From: Actinomycetota bacterium
GTDB taxonomy: Bacteria > Actinomycetota > Geothermincolia > Geothermincolales > RBG-13-55-18
Direction: 5' to 3'
DNA: 64,000 nt
NCBI GenBank assembly: GCA_014360645.1
Contig: JACIXD010000016.1
Location: forward strand, 12,395 to 76,394
The position numbers and the translations under genes were made by a program. This document shows positions 1 through 8,593 of the stretch, piece by piece. Below the pieces are notes generated by a model, which saw only the letters and a list, made by a program, of their open reading frames with translations, searched no databases and had not been told where the DNA came from. Numbering within the stretch: the first letter of the stretch is position 1; each line of letters begins with the position of its first letter.

Positions 1-1
1 T

Positions 2-1021
2 TGCCGCCAGCTCGCCGGGCTGGGGCCCAGGCTGCTCCTCATGCTGGACAACGACGAGACGGCGCTGTTCGAGATGGAGCACGAACTGGCGCGCCTGCAG
101 AGCCCCTGTCCCTTCCACGCCGTGGTGGCGGACGTGCGCGACTTCGACCGCCTGCTCTCGGTGTTCCGGCGCTACCGCCCCCAGGTGGTCTTCCACAGCG
201 CGGCCTTAAAACATGTGCCCATGATGGAGTTCCACCCCTCGGAGGCGGTGAAGAACAACGTGCTGGGCACGCGCAACCTGGCGGAGGCCTCCATCTATTT
301 CGGGGTGGAGCGGTTCATACTCATTTCCACCGACAAGGCGGTGCACCCGGTGAACGTAATGGGGGCCACCAAGCGGGTGGCGGAGATGCTCATAAAAAGC
401 TACTCGGGCATCATCCACACCCTCTTCGCCGCGGTGCGCTTCGGCAACGTGCTGGGCTCGCGGGGGAGCGTGGTGCCCACCTTCATGCGCCAGATCGAGA
501 AGGGGGGCCCGGTGCTGGTCACCCACCCCGAGGTCACCCGCTACTTCATGACCGTGGAGGAGGCGGCGCAGTTGGTCATCCAGGCGGGGGCTTTCACCAA
601 GGGGGGCGACACCTTCATCCTGGACATGGGGGAGCCGGTGCGCATCATCGACCTGGCGCGGGAGCTCCTGCGCCTCATGGGCAAGGAGAAAGAGGTGGAG
701 ATAAAGGTCACCGGGCTGCGGCCGGGGGAGAAGCTGCACGAGGAGCTCGCCTTCCCCGTGGAGGAGCTCATGCGCACCCCCCATCCCAAGATAGACAAGG
801 TATGGCACGAGAAGGAGCTGCGCACCGACTTCGTGCAGCTCCTGGACCGCCTCATCGGGGCGGCCGCCTGCGACGATGAGGACAAGGTGCGGGAGCTGCT
901 CTCGGCGCTGGTCCCCTCGTACAAGCCCTCCGTCCCCGTGTCGGCGTCGCCGCGCGGCGGCCTGCGGGTGCTGCATACCGAGGCTGCGGCCGGGCAGGCG
1001 GTGGAGGCGAGCGAAGCGTAA
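2..1021 (+). CDS. Polysaccharide biosynthesis protein, CapD/WbpM-like nucleotide-sugar 4,6-dehydratase (C-terminal part; 5' end lies outside the window)
   Basis: Frame 2 is open from the window edge. The translation (…ISTDKAVHPVNVMGATKRVAEML…VRFGNVLGSRGSVVP…) matches the CapD/PglF family extended-SDR core. Confidence 0.75.
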   Translation, partial: CRQLAGLGPRLLLMLDNDETALFEMEHELARLQSPCPFHAVVADVRDFDRLLSVFRRYRPQVVFHSAALKHVPMMEFHPSEAVKNNVLGTRNLAEASIYFGVERFILISTDKAVHPVNVMGATKRVAEMLIKSYSGIIHTLFAAVRFGNVLGSRGSVVPTFMRQIEKGGPVLVTHPEVTRYFMTVEEAAQLVIQAGAFTKGGDTFILDMGEPVRIIDLARELLRLMGKEKEVEIKVTGLRPGEKLHEELAFPVEELMRTPHPKIDKVWHEKELRTDFVQLLDRLIGAAACDDEDKVRELLSALVPSYKPSVPVSASPRGGLRVLHTEAAAGQAVEASEA

Positions 1022-1023
1022 GC

Positions 1024-1052
1024 GGGGTCGTATCTTCAATCTTCGATGCCGG
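1024..1052 (+). repeat. REP1 copy (GGGGTCGTATCTTCAATCTTCGATGCCGG)
   Basis: First of more than 30 copies of a ~28-bp GC-rich repeat family seen on both strands in intergenic DNA. A degenerate second copy lies at 1090-1117. Confidence 0.7.
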
Positions 1053-1272
1053 TGACTTACGTGGCCACGTGCTGCCCAGCCGCCCGGGAGGTCCTCGATC
1101 TTCGATCAGGGTGACCCACAGGGGCAACCCCGAAGCTGCCGATCAGCCAACCCCCATGGCCTGGGCGGGGCCCCCATTGCGGCAGAACCCATTGCACCGT
1201 CGCTGCACGACAAAGGGAGAAACCATGTCGCTTCGAATAATTATCATGGGGAAAGGCAAAGGAGGTGGAAGA

Positions 1273-2697
1273 ATGGCGAAGGTTATCGGCCTGTCAGGTC
1301 CCTTCGGGGCTGGCTGCTCCACCGTAGCGGGGATATTAAAAGACGAGGGTTACCAGGTCATCAAGGCAAGCGCCTTCATCACGGAATGGGCCGAGCGGAA
1401 CGACGTTGGATTCGCGGTTCCAGAGGGGGACAGCACGGAAAGGAGGCATGCCCTACAGGTTGCCGGCAATATCCTCAGGATGCATGAAGGCAGTGATGCG
1501 ATCGCCAGGCTTGCGCTGGACTACATCAGAGAGCAAGAGGGGAGGAGCGAGCATCCCGAGAGCTTACGGTTCGTCATCGACAGCCTGAAAAACAGGGCGG
1601 AGACAGACTTTCTGCACGAACAACTGGGCGATCGCTTTACGGCGGTTTCCGTCTATTCGTCCGTCCAGAGCAGGGAGAAGAGGAGCTGCGTTGAAAACAG
1701 CTACAGCGGCAACCTGTGGCTGATGAAAAGAGATGACCGGAGAGACAGGGACGAATTCGGCTCCGACGTGGAATGGGGCCAGCAGGTCCTGCAGTGCGAC
1801 GTAGCCGCGGATATCTCCATCGATAACGATGAAAACGTCGAGACCAAAGAGGCGTGGGATTACAAGCTGGCCAACGCCGTTTCGCAATATGTCCTGAACG
1901 AGCATCCAGAGATCGATGCGAACACCCTTTTCATGTGGCGGGCGGAGCTGGAGGCGGCGAATTCCAGGTGCGGCAAGAGAAAGGTCGGAGCCTGCCTTGC
2001 AAAAGAAGAGGAGATAATCTCGGTAGGGTGGAACCGTGCTCCCGATGGCGTGGATGGATGTCTCGAGCACAAGGACTACAGGACCTGCTATCGCGACCAC
2101 CTTCGGTCGCAGAAGGAAAGAGATGATGCGGGCAGGGAGATAGACTGGGGCGATCTAGAGCTGGATGAATACGAGCGTGCGCTGATAAATGAGATCGATG
2201 ACGATGCGGAGAAGCGGAGGTATATCAGCCGCGTTGTCCTGGATGCCATCGACGGGTACTATTATGACTTCAAGACGTTGGAGGCGTGCAGGGCCCTACA
2301 TGCGGAGGAAGCAGCGATTCTTGCCGCTCTGGAGAGGGGAGCGGATATAAGGGAGGCCACCCTGTACACGACTACCTATCCTTGCATGGCCTGCGCCAAG
2401 AAGATCGCGCAACAGGGGATAAAGGAGGTCTATTTCATCGAGCCCTATCCCATCGAGGGGGCGAGGAAGCTTCTGGACGAAAAGGGCGTGAGGCAATACC
2501 GGTATCAGGGCTTGAGGTTGCGGTTTGCGCCACGCATACTTGATGACATGAGCGAAAGCACTAGGGGCAGGCTGGGAAGAATGAGCGGGAAGGATCTCGA
2601 GCCGGGGGAGGTGTATGACAGTGCATTTCAGATGTTCGCGCTGCAAAAAACAGTCAATGCAATACTCGGGCGGTGCGGGGAAGCTGATCTGCTATAA
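1273..2697 (+). CDS. AvcD-like P-loop-kinase / dCMP-deaminase fusion (putative anti-phage deoxycytidylate deaminase)
   Basis: The N-terminus MAKVIGLSGPFGAGCST resembles a CoaE/CMP-kinase P-loop, but the Walker-A Lys is replaced by Cys. The C-terminus has the dCMP-deaminase zinc motifs KRKVGACL…SVGWNRAPDG…C.E and HAEEAAILAA…PCMACAKKIAQQGIKEVYF. RBS GGAGGTGGAAGA precedes the ATG at 1273. An alternative start at 1225 (MSLRIII…) also has an RBS. Confidence 0.6.
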   Translation: MAKVIGLSGPFGAGCSTVAGILKDEGYQVIKASAFITEWAERNDVGFAVPEGDSTERRHALQVAGNILRMHEGSDAIARLALDYIREQEGRSEHPESLRFVIDSLKNRAETDFLHEQLGDRFTAVSVYSSVQSREKRSCVENSYSGNLWLMKRDDRRDRDEFGSDVEWGQQVLQCDVAADISIDNDENVETKEAWDYKLANAVSQYVLNEHPEIDANTLFMWRAELEAANSRCGKRKVGACLAKEEEIISVGWNRAPDGVDGCLEHKDYRTCYRDHLRSQKERDDAGREIDWGDLELDEYERALINEIDDDAEKRRYISRVVLDAIDGYYYDFKTLEACRALHAEEAAILAALERGADIREATLYTTTYPCMACAKKIAQQGIKEVYFIEPYPIEGARKLLDEKGVRQYRYQGLRLRFAPRILDDMSESTRGRLGRMSGKDLEPGEVYDSAFQMFALQKTVNAILGRCGEADLL

Positions 2698-2842
2698 CTG
2701 CGGGCTGGCCATAAGATGCAGCAATGCGGACAAGCTGTGGGATATATTGGGAAGCGATGACTTCGCCTTCATGGAGAGCTGGGAAAAGGACCTGATCCTG
2801 AGCGTGCACCAGGTCAATCACGGCACGAGCATGGCGGGATAG
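2615..2842 (+). CDS. Small Zn-ribbon protein (CxxC…CxxC) overlapping the 3' end of the deaminase gene
   Basis: RBS GGGGGAGGTG lies 4 nt before the ATG. The translation is MTVHFRCSRCKKQ…ICYNCGLAIRC. It overlaps the upstream gene by 83 nt in another frame. Confidence 0.4.
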   Translation: MTVHFRCSRCKKQSMQYSGGAGKLICYNCGLAIRCSNADKLWDILGSDDFAFMESWEKDLILSVHQVNHGTSMAG

Positions 2843-2882
2843 GCGCGCGGGGTGGCGGAACCCGTCCCCGTGGGGTCAGATC

Positions 2883-2911
2883 TTCGATCTTCAATGCCTG
2901 GAAAACGGGTG
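2883..2911 (+). repeat. REP1 copy
   Basis: GGGGTCAGATCTTCGATCTTCAATGCCTGG. Confidence 0.7.
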
Positions 2912-3033
2912 GGGATGGGAGCATGATTTCTGAATTCGGATTTCGTTAAGCGAGCCCCCGCCCCAGTGATTCCTTATCCTCTCTGAACTCATGGGCTTGA
3001 TAGGTTGACTGTATTTATCATTCAGGCGTCGTT

Positions 3034-3099
3034 GGGGTCATATCTTCATTCTTCGATCCCAGCCGTGGGTGGGGTCATATCTTCATTCTTCGATCCCGG
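3034..3099 (+). repeat. Two tandem REP1 copies
   Basis: GGGGTCATATCTTCATTCTTCGATCCC appears twice. Confidence 0.7.
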
Positions 3100-3215
3100 T
3101 AGTATTGGCCAAAGCGACTACATAAATCTCGAGTCATCGCCGAACTCCGGAAGCCCCTCTATTGGCCGCATCACATCAACACTTGTTGAATTCCGAAGAG
3201 CCCTGTATTGCCCGC

Positions 3216-3265
3216 AGCGAAGATCGAAGATACGACCCCATTAAGAAGATCGAAGATACGACCCC
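3216..3265 (-). repeat. Two tandem REP1 copies (reverse orientation)
   Basis: GAAGATCGAAGATACGACCCC appears twice. Confidence 0.7.
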
Positions 3266-3379
3266 ATTAACTATTGCATAACTTATCTATTTGTAATAAC
3301 ATAACGATATTATGCTGACGGTCGGAGAGTGGCGTAAGCGGTGGAGGAGCTATACAGCATCCATGCGAAACCGAACCCG

Positions 3380-3466
3380 GGGGTCACATCTTCGATCTTC
3401 GACTCCGGTAACTTATGGCCTGGTCAAGTTAAGTAAACTTGCATCGAAGATCGAAGATACGACCCC
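3380..3466. repeat. REPIN (inverted REP1 pair) immediately upstream of the RAYT gene
   Basis: REP1 (+) lies at 3380-3408 and REP1 (-) at 3442-3466, separated by a ~33-bp spacer. Confidence 0.65.
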
Positions 3467-3495
3467 ATCATTCCGCGGAGGTCAGTGCGAAAGCC

Positions 3496-4452
3496 ATGGC
3501 AAGACAGCTCAGAATCGAGTTCCCGGGCGCCCTATATCATGTCTTCTCCAGGGGCGTCGCCAAGCAGCCCATCTTCGAGTCGGATGAGGACCGCGCCAGG
3601 TTCCTGGACATCCTGGGCAAGGTGGTGGAGCGGCATAACTGGATAATCCACGCCTACTGCCTTATGGGGAACCACTACCACTTGCTGGTGGAGACGCCGG
3701 ATCCCAACCTCTCCCGGGGCATGCAGCTGCTGAACGGCGTCTACGCCCAGCGTCACAACGCCGAGCACGGACGGGTTGGCCATCTCTTCCAGGGGAGGTA
3801 CGGCAATACCCTCGTCGACAAGGAAGAGTACTTCCTCGTCGCGGCGTGCTACATCGTGCTCAACCCGGTGAGGGGAGGACTGGTGGAACACCCTTCCGCC
3901 TATCGCTGGAGCAGCTATAGAGCCACAGCTGGGGCTGAGAAGGCGCCGTCTTTCCTCCACATCAGCAGCATCCTGCTCTGCTTCGCGCCCGACCTGCACA
4001 TGGCGCAGAGGCTTTACCGTGAGTTCGTCGACGGAGGCATAGACGAGGAGACAGCACGGCGACTAGAGTCGGGCGGGGTCTGCGGCGGGGAGGTATTCCA
4101 GGCCTGGGTGGGCGAGATAGTCGAGGGGAGGAAACGGATACGGGAGATACCCCGCAGGCAGAGATACGTGGGGAGGCCGTCCCTGGCGCGTATACTCGAT
4201 GGGTGGGCGGACCAGCGGGAGAGGGACGAGAACATAGCGCGGGCGGTGCAGGACTTCGGGTACACCCAGAAGGAGGTCGCCGACCACCTAGGCCTTGCCC
4301 CCTCCACCGTGAGCGTCATCATGAAGAGGGTCGGGCAGGGATCGAGTGGTGCCCCGGGCGGGGTCAGATCTTCATCGGGCGGGGTCAGATCTTCATTCTT
4401 CGATCCCGGCAGTATTGAGCAGAGCGGGCAGAGCGATCTCGAATCCTATTGA
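3496..4452 (+). CDS. REP-associated tyrosine transposase (RAYT; IS200/IS605-like Y1 HUH transposase, TnpA_REP) with a C-terminal HTH
   Basis: The translation MARQLRIEFPGALYHVFSRG…MGNHYHLLVETP carries the HuH motif, and the catalytic Tyr region RWSSY follows. The C-terminus has an HTH (DFGYTQKEVADHLGLAPSTVSVIMKRV). The gene is flanked on both sides by REP1/REPIN copies. The last ~35 codons read through REP sequence. Confidence 0.75.
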   Translation: MARQLRIEFPGALYHVFSRGVAKQPIFESDEDRARFLDILGKVVERHNWIIHAYCLMGNHYHLLVETPDPNLSRGMQLLNGVYAQRHNAEHGRVGHLFQGRYGNTLVDKEEYFLVAACYIVLNPVRGGLVEHPSAYRWSSYRATAGAEKAPSFLHISSILLCFAPDLHMAQRLYREFVDGGIDEETARRLESGGVCGGEVFQAWVGEIVEGRKRIREIPRRQRYVGRPSLARILDGWADQRERDENIARAVQDFGYTQKEVADHLGLAPSTVSVIMKRVGQGSSGAPGGVRSSSGGVRSSFFDPGSIEQSGQSDLESY

Positions 4453-4479
4453 ATTCCGAAGCATCGGGCGGGGTCAGAT

Positions 4480-4696
4480 CTTCATTCTTCGATCCCGGCA
4501 GTATAGTCAGAGCGAGCACGTCGATTTCTAGCCATCTTTGCCCGCATCGAAGATCGAAGATGTGACCCCAGATTTCCTCATCGGGCGGGGTCAGATCTTC
4601 ATTCTTCGATCCCGGCAGTATAGTCAGAGCGAGCACGTCGATTTCTAGCCATCTTTGCCCGCATCGAAGATCGAAGATGTGACCCCAGATTGTTAA
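4480..4696. repeat. Two tandem copies (period 117 bp) of a REPIN: REP1(+) – 46-bp spacer – REP1(-)
   Basis: REP1(+) copies lie at 4480-4508 and 4597-4625; REP1(-) copies at 4555-4579 and 4672-4696. The two ~100-bp units are near-identical. A further REP1 and a half copy lie at 4370-4419. Confidence 0.75.
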
Positions 4697-5007
4697 TATG
4701 AATTCGGGAAGGCCTGTGCGATCAATGCAAGGGGATGATGGAAGCTGGATCGTGAAGCGAATGGCAAGGTCAACTTCCCGCCTCGCTGCCGGCTGATGCG
4801 CGAGCCCGCGGAAGCGGAGGAAGGCGGCTGGCGGGAAGCGGTGGTCTCTGCGGGTGATCACCTCAAGCGCGTCCTCGACGAGTACGTGGAGCTCGGCTTC
4901 GAGTGCCTGCTGGAGGAACTGGACGCCGAGGCCACCCCCGGATGCTCCGAGTGCTTCAAGTCCGGGGGAGAACGCGTCTACCGCGTCTATGTGCGGAGAA
5001 AGGGCGA

Positions 5008-5063
5008 AGGGGGTCGTATCTTCGATCTTCAATCGTAGGGGGGTCGTATCTTCAATCTTCAAT
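5008..5063 (+). repeat. Two tandem REP1 copies
   Basis: GGGGGTCGTATCTTCGATCTTCAATCG appears twice. Confidence 0.65.
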
Positions 5064-5172
5064 CCATCGAAGATGGTTGTGTCTTCAATCCAGGTAAGTG
5101 AGCATGCGCGGCAACATTGGTTGGGGAGCAAACATGGCGCTTCCGGGTTCTGCGGACCTCGCTGAGCCAAGC

Positions 5173-5244
5173 CATTCACATTGAAGAATGAAGATACGAC
5201 CCCAAAAGGAAGCTATTCACATTGAAGAATGAAGATACGACCCC
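5173..5244 (-). repeat. Two tandem REP1 copies (reverse) within a 40-bp tandem unit
   Basis: TTCACATTGAAGAATGAAGATACGACCCCAAAAG appears twice. Confidence 0.65.
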
Positions 5245-5415
5245 AAAAGTCGCGTGCCCGCTTGGGAACGCGGGGTCCTCCTCGCCGGGACGGGACCGCC
5301 CGGGAGCGGTCCCAGGGGTCGTATATTTAGCTCAGCCCTTTCCGTCCGGACCCCGGGAGCGCCGATAATGGTATTCCAATATATGGAAAGTAATTCAAGA
5401 TGCAAGACCTGACCC

Positions 5416-6207
5416 CTACATGAAGGCGCTGTAGACCATGGCGGCAATCCCCCCCAGGGCGAGGATGGCGGCGAAGGCGTATTGCAGGGCGGAGGAGCGC
5501 CTGATCTTCCGGGACAGCTCGGCCTCCATCTTGTGGCTGATGATGAAGGGGCTGTCCCCTTTGCCCACCGCCGCGACCTCGCCCGAGCGCTGGGCGGTCC
5601 CCAGGACGTAGACGGGCTGGCCGACGCGGATGAGCGATTCGGTTATCCTGTATCCCAGCACATCCTCGTAGTCGTCGTCCAGGGCGCTGAGGACGCTCTC
5701 CAGGATCGCTCCTCCCACTCCGGAGGATTCCAGGTAGTCGCGCCCGCGCCCGCGCCCCTCGTGGGTCCGGGTCTCGGCGATGTAGTCGGCGCCATCCGGG
5801 TAGACCAGGCACCGGCCGCTGGAATCGCTCACGTAGAAGGGGATCTCCTCCTTGCGGTCGTCGACGGTGTCCCAGAATTCGCTGGTCTTCATGGTGCCCG
5901 TCCGCTCGTCCCTCTCCCGGCGCTGCTTGCGGTGCTCCAGCTTGTAGCGGTAGTAGACGCAGGGGATCTGCGAGGTGGGGGAGAGCAGGGGCTCGTCCGC
6001 CTCCACCACCCCCACGAGCTCCACCCCGGCTCCGGGTGCGGAGAGCGCCATCTTGGACGCGTCGGCGGCGTTCACCGTGGGGGTCGCCTCCATGACCTCC
6101 AGCTTCTTCCTGCCGCGGTAGCCCAGGAAGGCGAGGACGACCCCGATGACGAGGGCGGCTCCGCCGATGCCCAGCACCACCCACTGTGAATTATCCACGG
6201 TCGCCAC
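5416..6207 (-). CDS. Membrane protein with N- and C-terminal TM helices (possibly GIDE-domain-like)
   Basis: Clean 263-aa ORF with hydrophobic termini (VVLGIGGAALVIGVVLAF… and …AFAAILALGGIAAMVYSAF). An SD overlaps the GTG start; an alternative GTG start lies 9 nt downstream. Confidence 0.5.
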   Translation of the reverse strand: MATVDNSQWVVLGIGGAALVIGVVLAFLGYRGRKKLEVMEATPTVNAADASKMALSAPGAGVELVGVVEADEPLLSPTSQIPCVYYRYKLEHRKQRRERDERTGTMKTSEFWDTVDDRKEEIPFYVSDSSGRCLVYPDGADYIAETRTHEGRGRGRDYLESSGVGGAILESVLSALDDDYEDVLGYRITESLIRVGQPVYVLGTAQRSGEVAAVGKGDSPFIISHKMEAELSRKIRRSSALQYAFAAILALGGIAAMVYSAFM

Positions 6208-6395
6208 CTCCTGCTCCGGCGTCGCCGGACGTCCGCATCGTCAAACAACCCGGCCCGGGGAGCTGCCGGGTCGGCCGGGGCGAATCGTGTCGGCGGAGCG
6301 AGGCCGGCCCTCATCTCCCTGGCCGTAGACCCTTCACTTCATGGCGTCGGATACGGCACCGGTCCTTTCGCGATGCGAACAGCCGCTTGCCAGAT

Positions 6396-8051
6396 TCAGG
6401 CTTCGCCCTTGGCTTCCTTCTGCCTGGCGATCTCCTCCTCGCGCAGGGCGCGGCGCAGGATCTTGCCCACCATGGTCTTGGGCAGCTCAGGCCGGAACTC
6501 CACCATGCGCGGCGCCTTGTAGGGGGCTAGGCGCTCGCGGCAGAAGGAGATGATCTCCTCTTCCGTGCACTCCTCGCCAGGCTTTAGCACGATGTACACC
6601 TTCACCGTCTCGCCGCGGTACTCGTCCGGGATGCCCACCGTCACCGCCTCTTGCACTTTGGGGTGTTCGTAGAGGACCTCGTCCACCTCGCGGGGATATA
6701 TATTAAACCCGCCGGCGATGATCATATCCTTCTTGCGGTCCACGATATAGAAATAGCCGTCCTCGTCCATGGTGGCGATGTCCCCGGTATACAGCCAGCC
6801 GTCCCGCAGGGTCTCCGCCGTCTCCTCCGGCTTCTCCCAATAGCCCTTCATCACCTGGGGTCCGCGGATGATCAGCTCGCCGGGCTCGTTTGGGCCCAGC
6901 TCCTGCTTCCCCGTCTCCACGTCGACGATCTTCGCCTCGGTATCCGGGAAGGGGATGCCGATGGAGCCCACCTTGCGCATGCCCATGATGGGGTTGGAGT
7001 GGGTCACCGGCGAGGCCTCTGAGAGCCCGTAACCCTCGCAGAAGATACCCCCGGAGATGCGGCTGAACTGCTTGATCACCTCCACGGGGATGGGGGCGGA
7101 CCCGGAGTTGCACAGCCTCAGCTTGTCCACGCCGTAGTTGAGCGCCTCGGGGTGGCTGAGGATGGCCACGTAGAGGGTGGGGACCCCGGGGAAGAAATTG
7201 GGGCGGTACTTCTGGATGGCCTGCAGCATCATGTTGATCTCGAACTGCGGGATGAGGACCATGGTCGCGGCGTTGGCGATGGCAGTGTTCATGCCCACCG
7301 TCTGTCCGTAGGAGTGGAAGAAGGGGATGACGTCCAGGTAGATGTCCTTGCCGCGCTCGGTGAACTCCTTCGCCCACATGGAGCACTGCATGGCGTTGGC
7401 CAGCAGGTTGCGGTGGGTGAGCATGACCCCCTTTGGCAGTCCGGTGGTGCCCCCGGTGTACTGCAGGGCCGCGAGGTCGTTCTCGGGGTCGATCTCCACC
7501 TCGGACACCTCCGGCTCGGCGTCGGCGATGACCTCCTTGAGGTAGTAGGTGGAGGAGTCTTTCTCTACGTTGGGGTTGACCGGCGTCTCCATGTAGTCGG
7601 TGATACTGGAGGCAATGATCCGCTTGAGGGGGGAGTTCCCCTTCACCGCCTGGATGCGCGCGTCGAAGAGGTCGAGGTAGATGAGGGTCTCCGATCCCGA
7701 GTCGTTGAACTCGTATTCCAGCTCCCGCTCAACGTGCAGGGGGCTGATGTTGACCACCGTCGCCCCCGCTTCCAGCACGCCGTAATAGGAGATGATGAAC
7801 TGGGGGCTGTTGGGGAGCATGATGGCCACGCGGTCGCCCTTCTGGACCCCCATCCCCCGCAGGGCGGTGGCAAAGCGGCGGACCTGGTCCCGGATCTGCC
7901 CGTAGGTGAGCTGCTGGTCGAAGAAGATAGTGGCCACGTGCTCGTCATACTTCACGCAGGTGAGTTCCAGTAACTGGTAGAGAGGTATGTTTGGGTAACG
8001 TATGGTCTCGGGGACGAAATAGTCGTAGTTCTTGAGCCAGACCTTTTCCAT
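6396..8051 (-). CDS. Long-chain-fatty-acid–CoA ligase (AMP-binding family)
   Basis: AMP-binding motifs YTGGTTGLPKGV and TGD…GGFNIYPRE…GK are present. RBS GAAGGAGGGGG precedes the ATG. Confidence 0.85.
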   Translation of the reverse strand: MEKVWLKNYDYFVPETIRYPNIPLYQLLELTCVKYDEHVATIFFDQQLTYGQIRDQVRRFATALRGMGVQKGDRVAIMLPNSPQFIISYYGVLEAGATVVNISPLHVERELEYEFNDSGSETLIYLDLFDARIQAVKGNSPLKRIIASSITDYMETPVNPNVEKDSSTYYLKEVIADAEPEVSEVEIDPENDLAALQYTGGTTGLPKGVMLTHRNLLANAMQCSMWAKEFTERGKDIYLDVIPFFHSYGQTVGMNTAIANAATMVLIPQFEINMMLQAIQKYRPNFFPGVPTLYVAILSHPEALNYGVDKLRLCNSGSAPIPVEVIKQFSRISGGIFCEGYGLSEASPVTHSNPIMGMRKVGSIGIPFPDTEAKIVDVETGKQELGPNEPGELIIRGPQVMKGYWEKPEETAETLRDGWLYTGDIATMDEDGYFYIVDRKKDMIIAGGFNIYPREVDEVLYEHPKVQEAVTVGIPDEYRGETVKVYIVLKPGEECTEEEIISFCRERLAPYKAPRMVEFRPELPKTMVGKILRRALREEEIARQKEAKGEA

Positions 8052-8334
8052 ACAGGACCCCCTCCTTCTTGCGAGCGGGCGGACGCCCGCGCTCTACGGA
8101 CCATCCTGGTTCCCTCTCCGCTGCGCGGCGAGCGGAAGTCAGGCGAGCGCACGGCGCGGAAGAGTGCGCTGGCGCTGCCTTTCCGGGCTCATTTCCCCGT
8201 TCCTTTCTAGCCCCGCGCCGGGATGCGAGCATCTCCGGGGATGCGGGGCGCTGCTCTATCGCGAAACCTGACAGCCGACTTGTTAACCATTTTGCATTCG
8301 ACGACCAACCAAGTCAACCACCATGGGGTCGTGT

Positions 8335-8446
8335 CTTCAATCTTCGATTCACTAACACCATGGGGTCGTTCAATGAACTGGGGGTCAGATCTTCAATCTT
8401 CGATTCAATAAGGGGAACTGGAGGTCGGAACTGGGGGTCGGAACTA
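8335..8446 (+). repeat. REP1 copies and fragments plus GGGGGTCGGAACT x2 mini-repeats
   Basis: REP1 copies at 8335-8360 and 8381-8407, with partial copies between them. Confidence 0.6.
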
Positions 8447-8593
8447 GGGGTCAGATCTTCAATCTTCGATTCAATAGCGATTGGTGGTGTTAGTGGCGGG
8501 GTTTTCATTCAGAATATGCCTATGGCAGGTTCCACTAGCTGACCCCACAAGCGGTTGAGACCTGCCGGCATCGAAGATCGAAGATGTGACCCC
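8447..8593 (+). mobile_element. MITE-like element (~147 bp) bounded by inverted REP1 sequences; left copy
   Basis: REP1(+) at 8447-8473, a 96-bp spacer, then REP1(-) at 8570-8593. It is about 95% identical to the reverse complement of 11026-11172. Confidence 0.7.

Noticed and set aside
1069-1272. Extended N-terminus of the deaminase ORF (MLPSRPGG…)
   Set aside because: This stretch reads through REP-like sequence and has no RBS. The P-loop domain begins exactly at the ATG at 1273, which has a strong SD. An alternative at 1225 is noted in the feature.
3005-3244. Small ORFs running through REP arrays (3005..3244, 3312..3587, 4385..5179, 8069..8542, 8223..8411, 12567..12916)
   Set aside because: Their translations are dominated by REP-encoded peptides (…GSYLHSSI…, …IFDLRS…). 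They have no RBS and no domain signal.
4796-5038. 80-aa ORF (MREPAEAEEGGWREAVV…)
   Set aside because: It has no RBS and its C-terminus reads into REP1 copies. It is possibly a remnant of a disrupted gene, and there is not enough evidence for a functional CDS.
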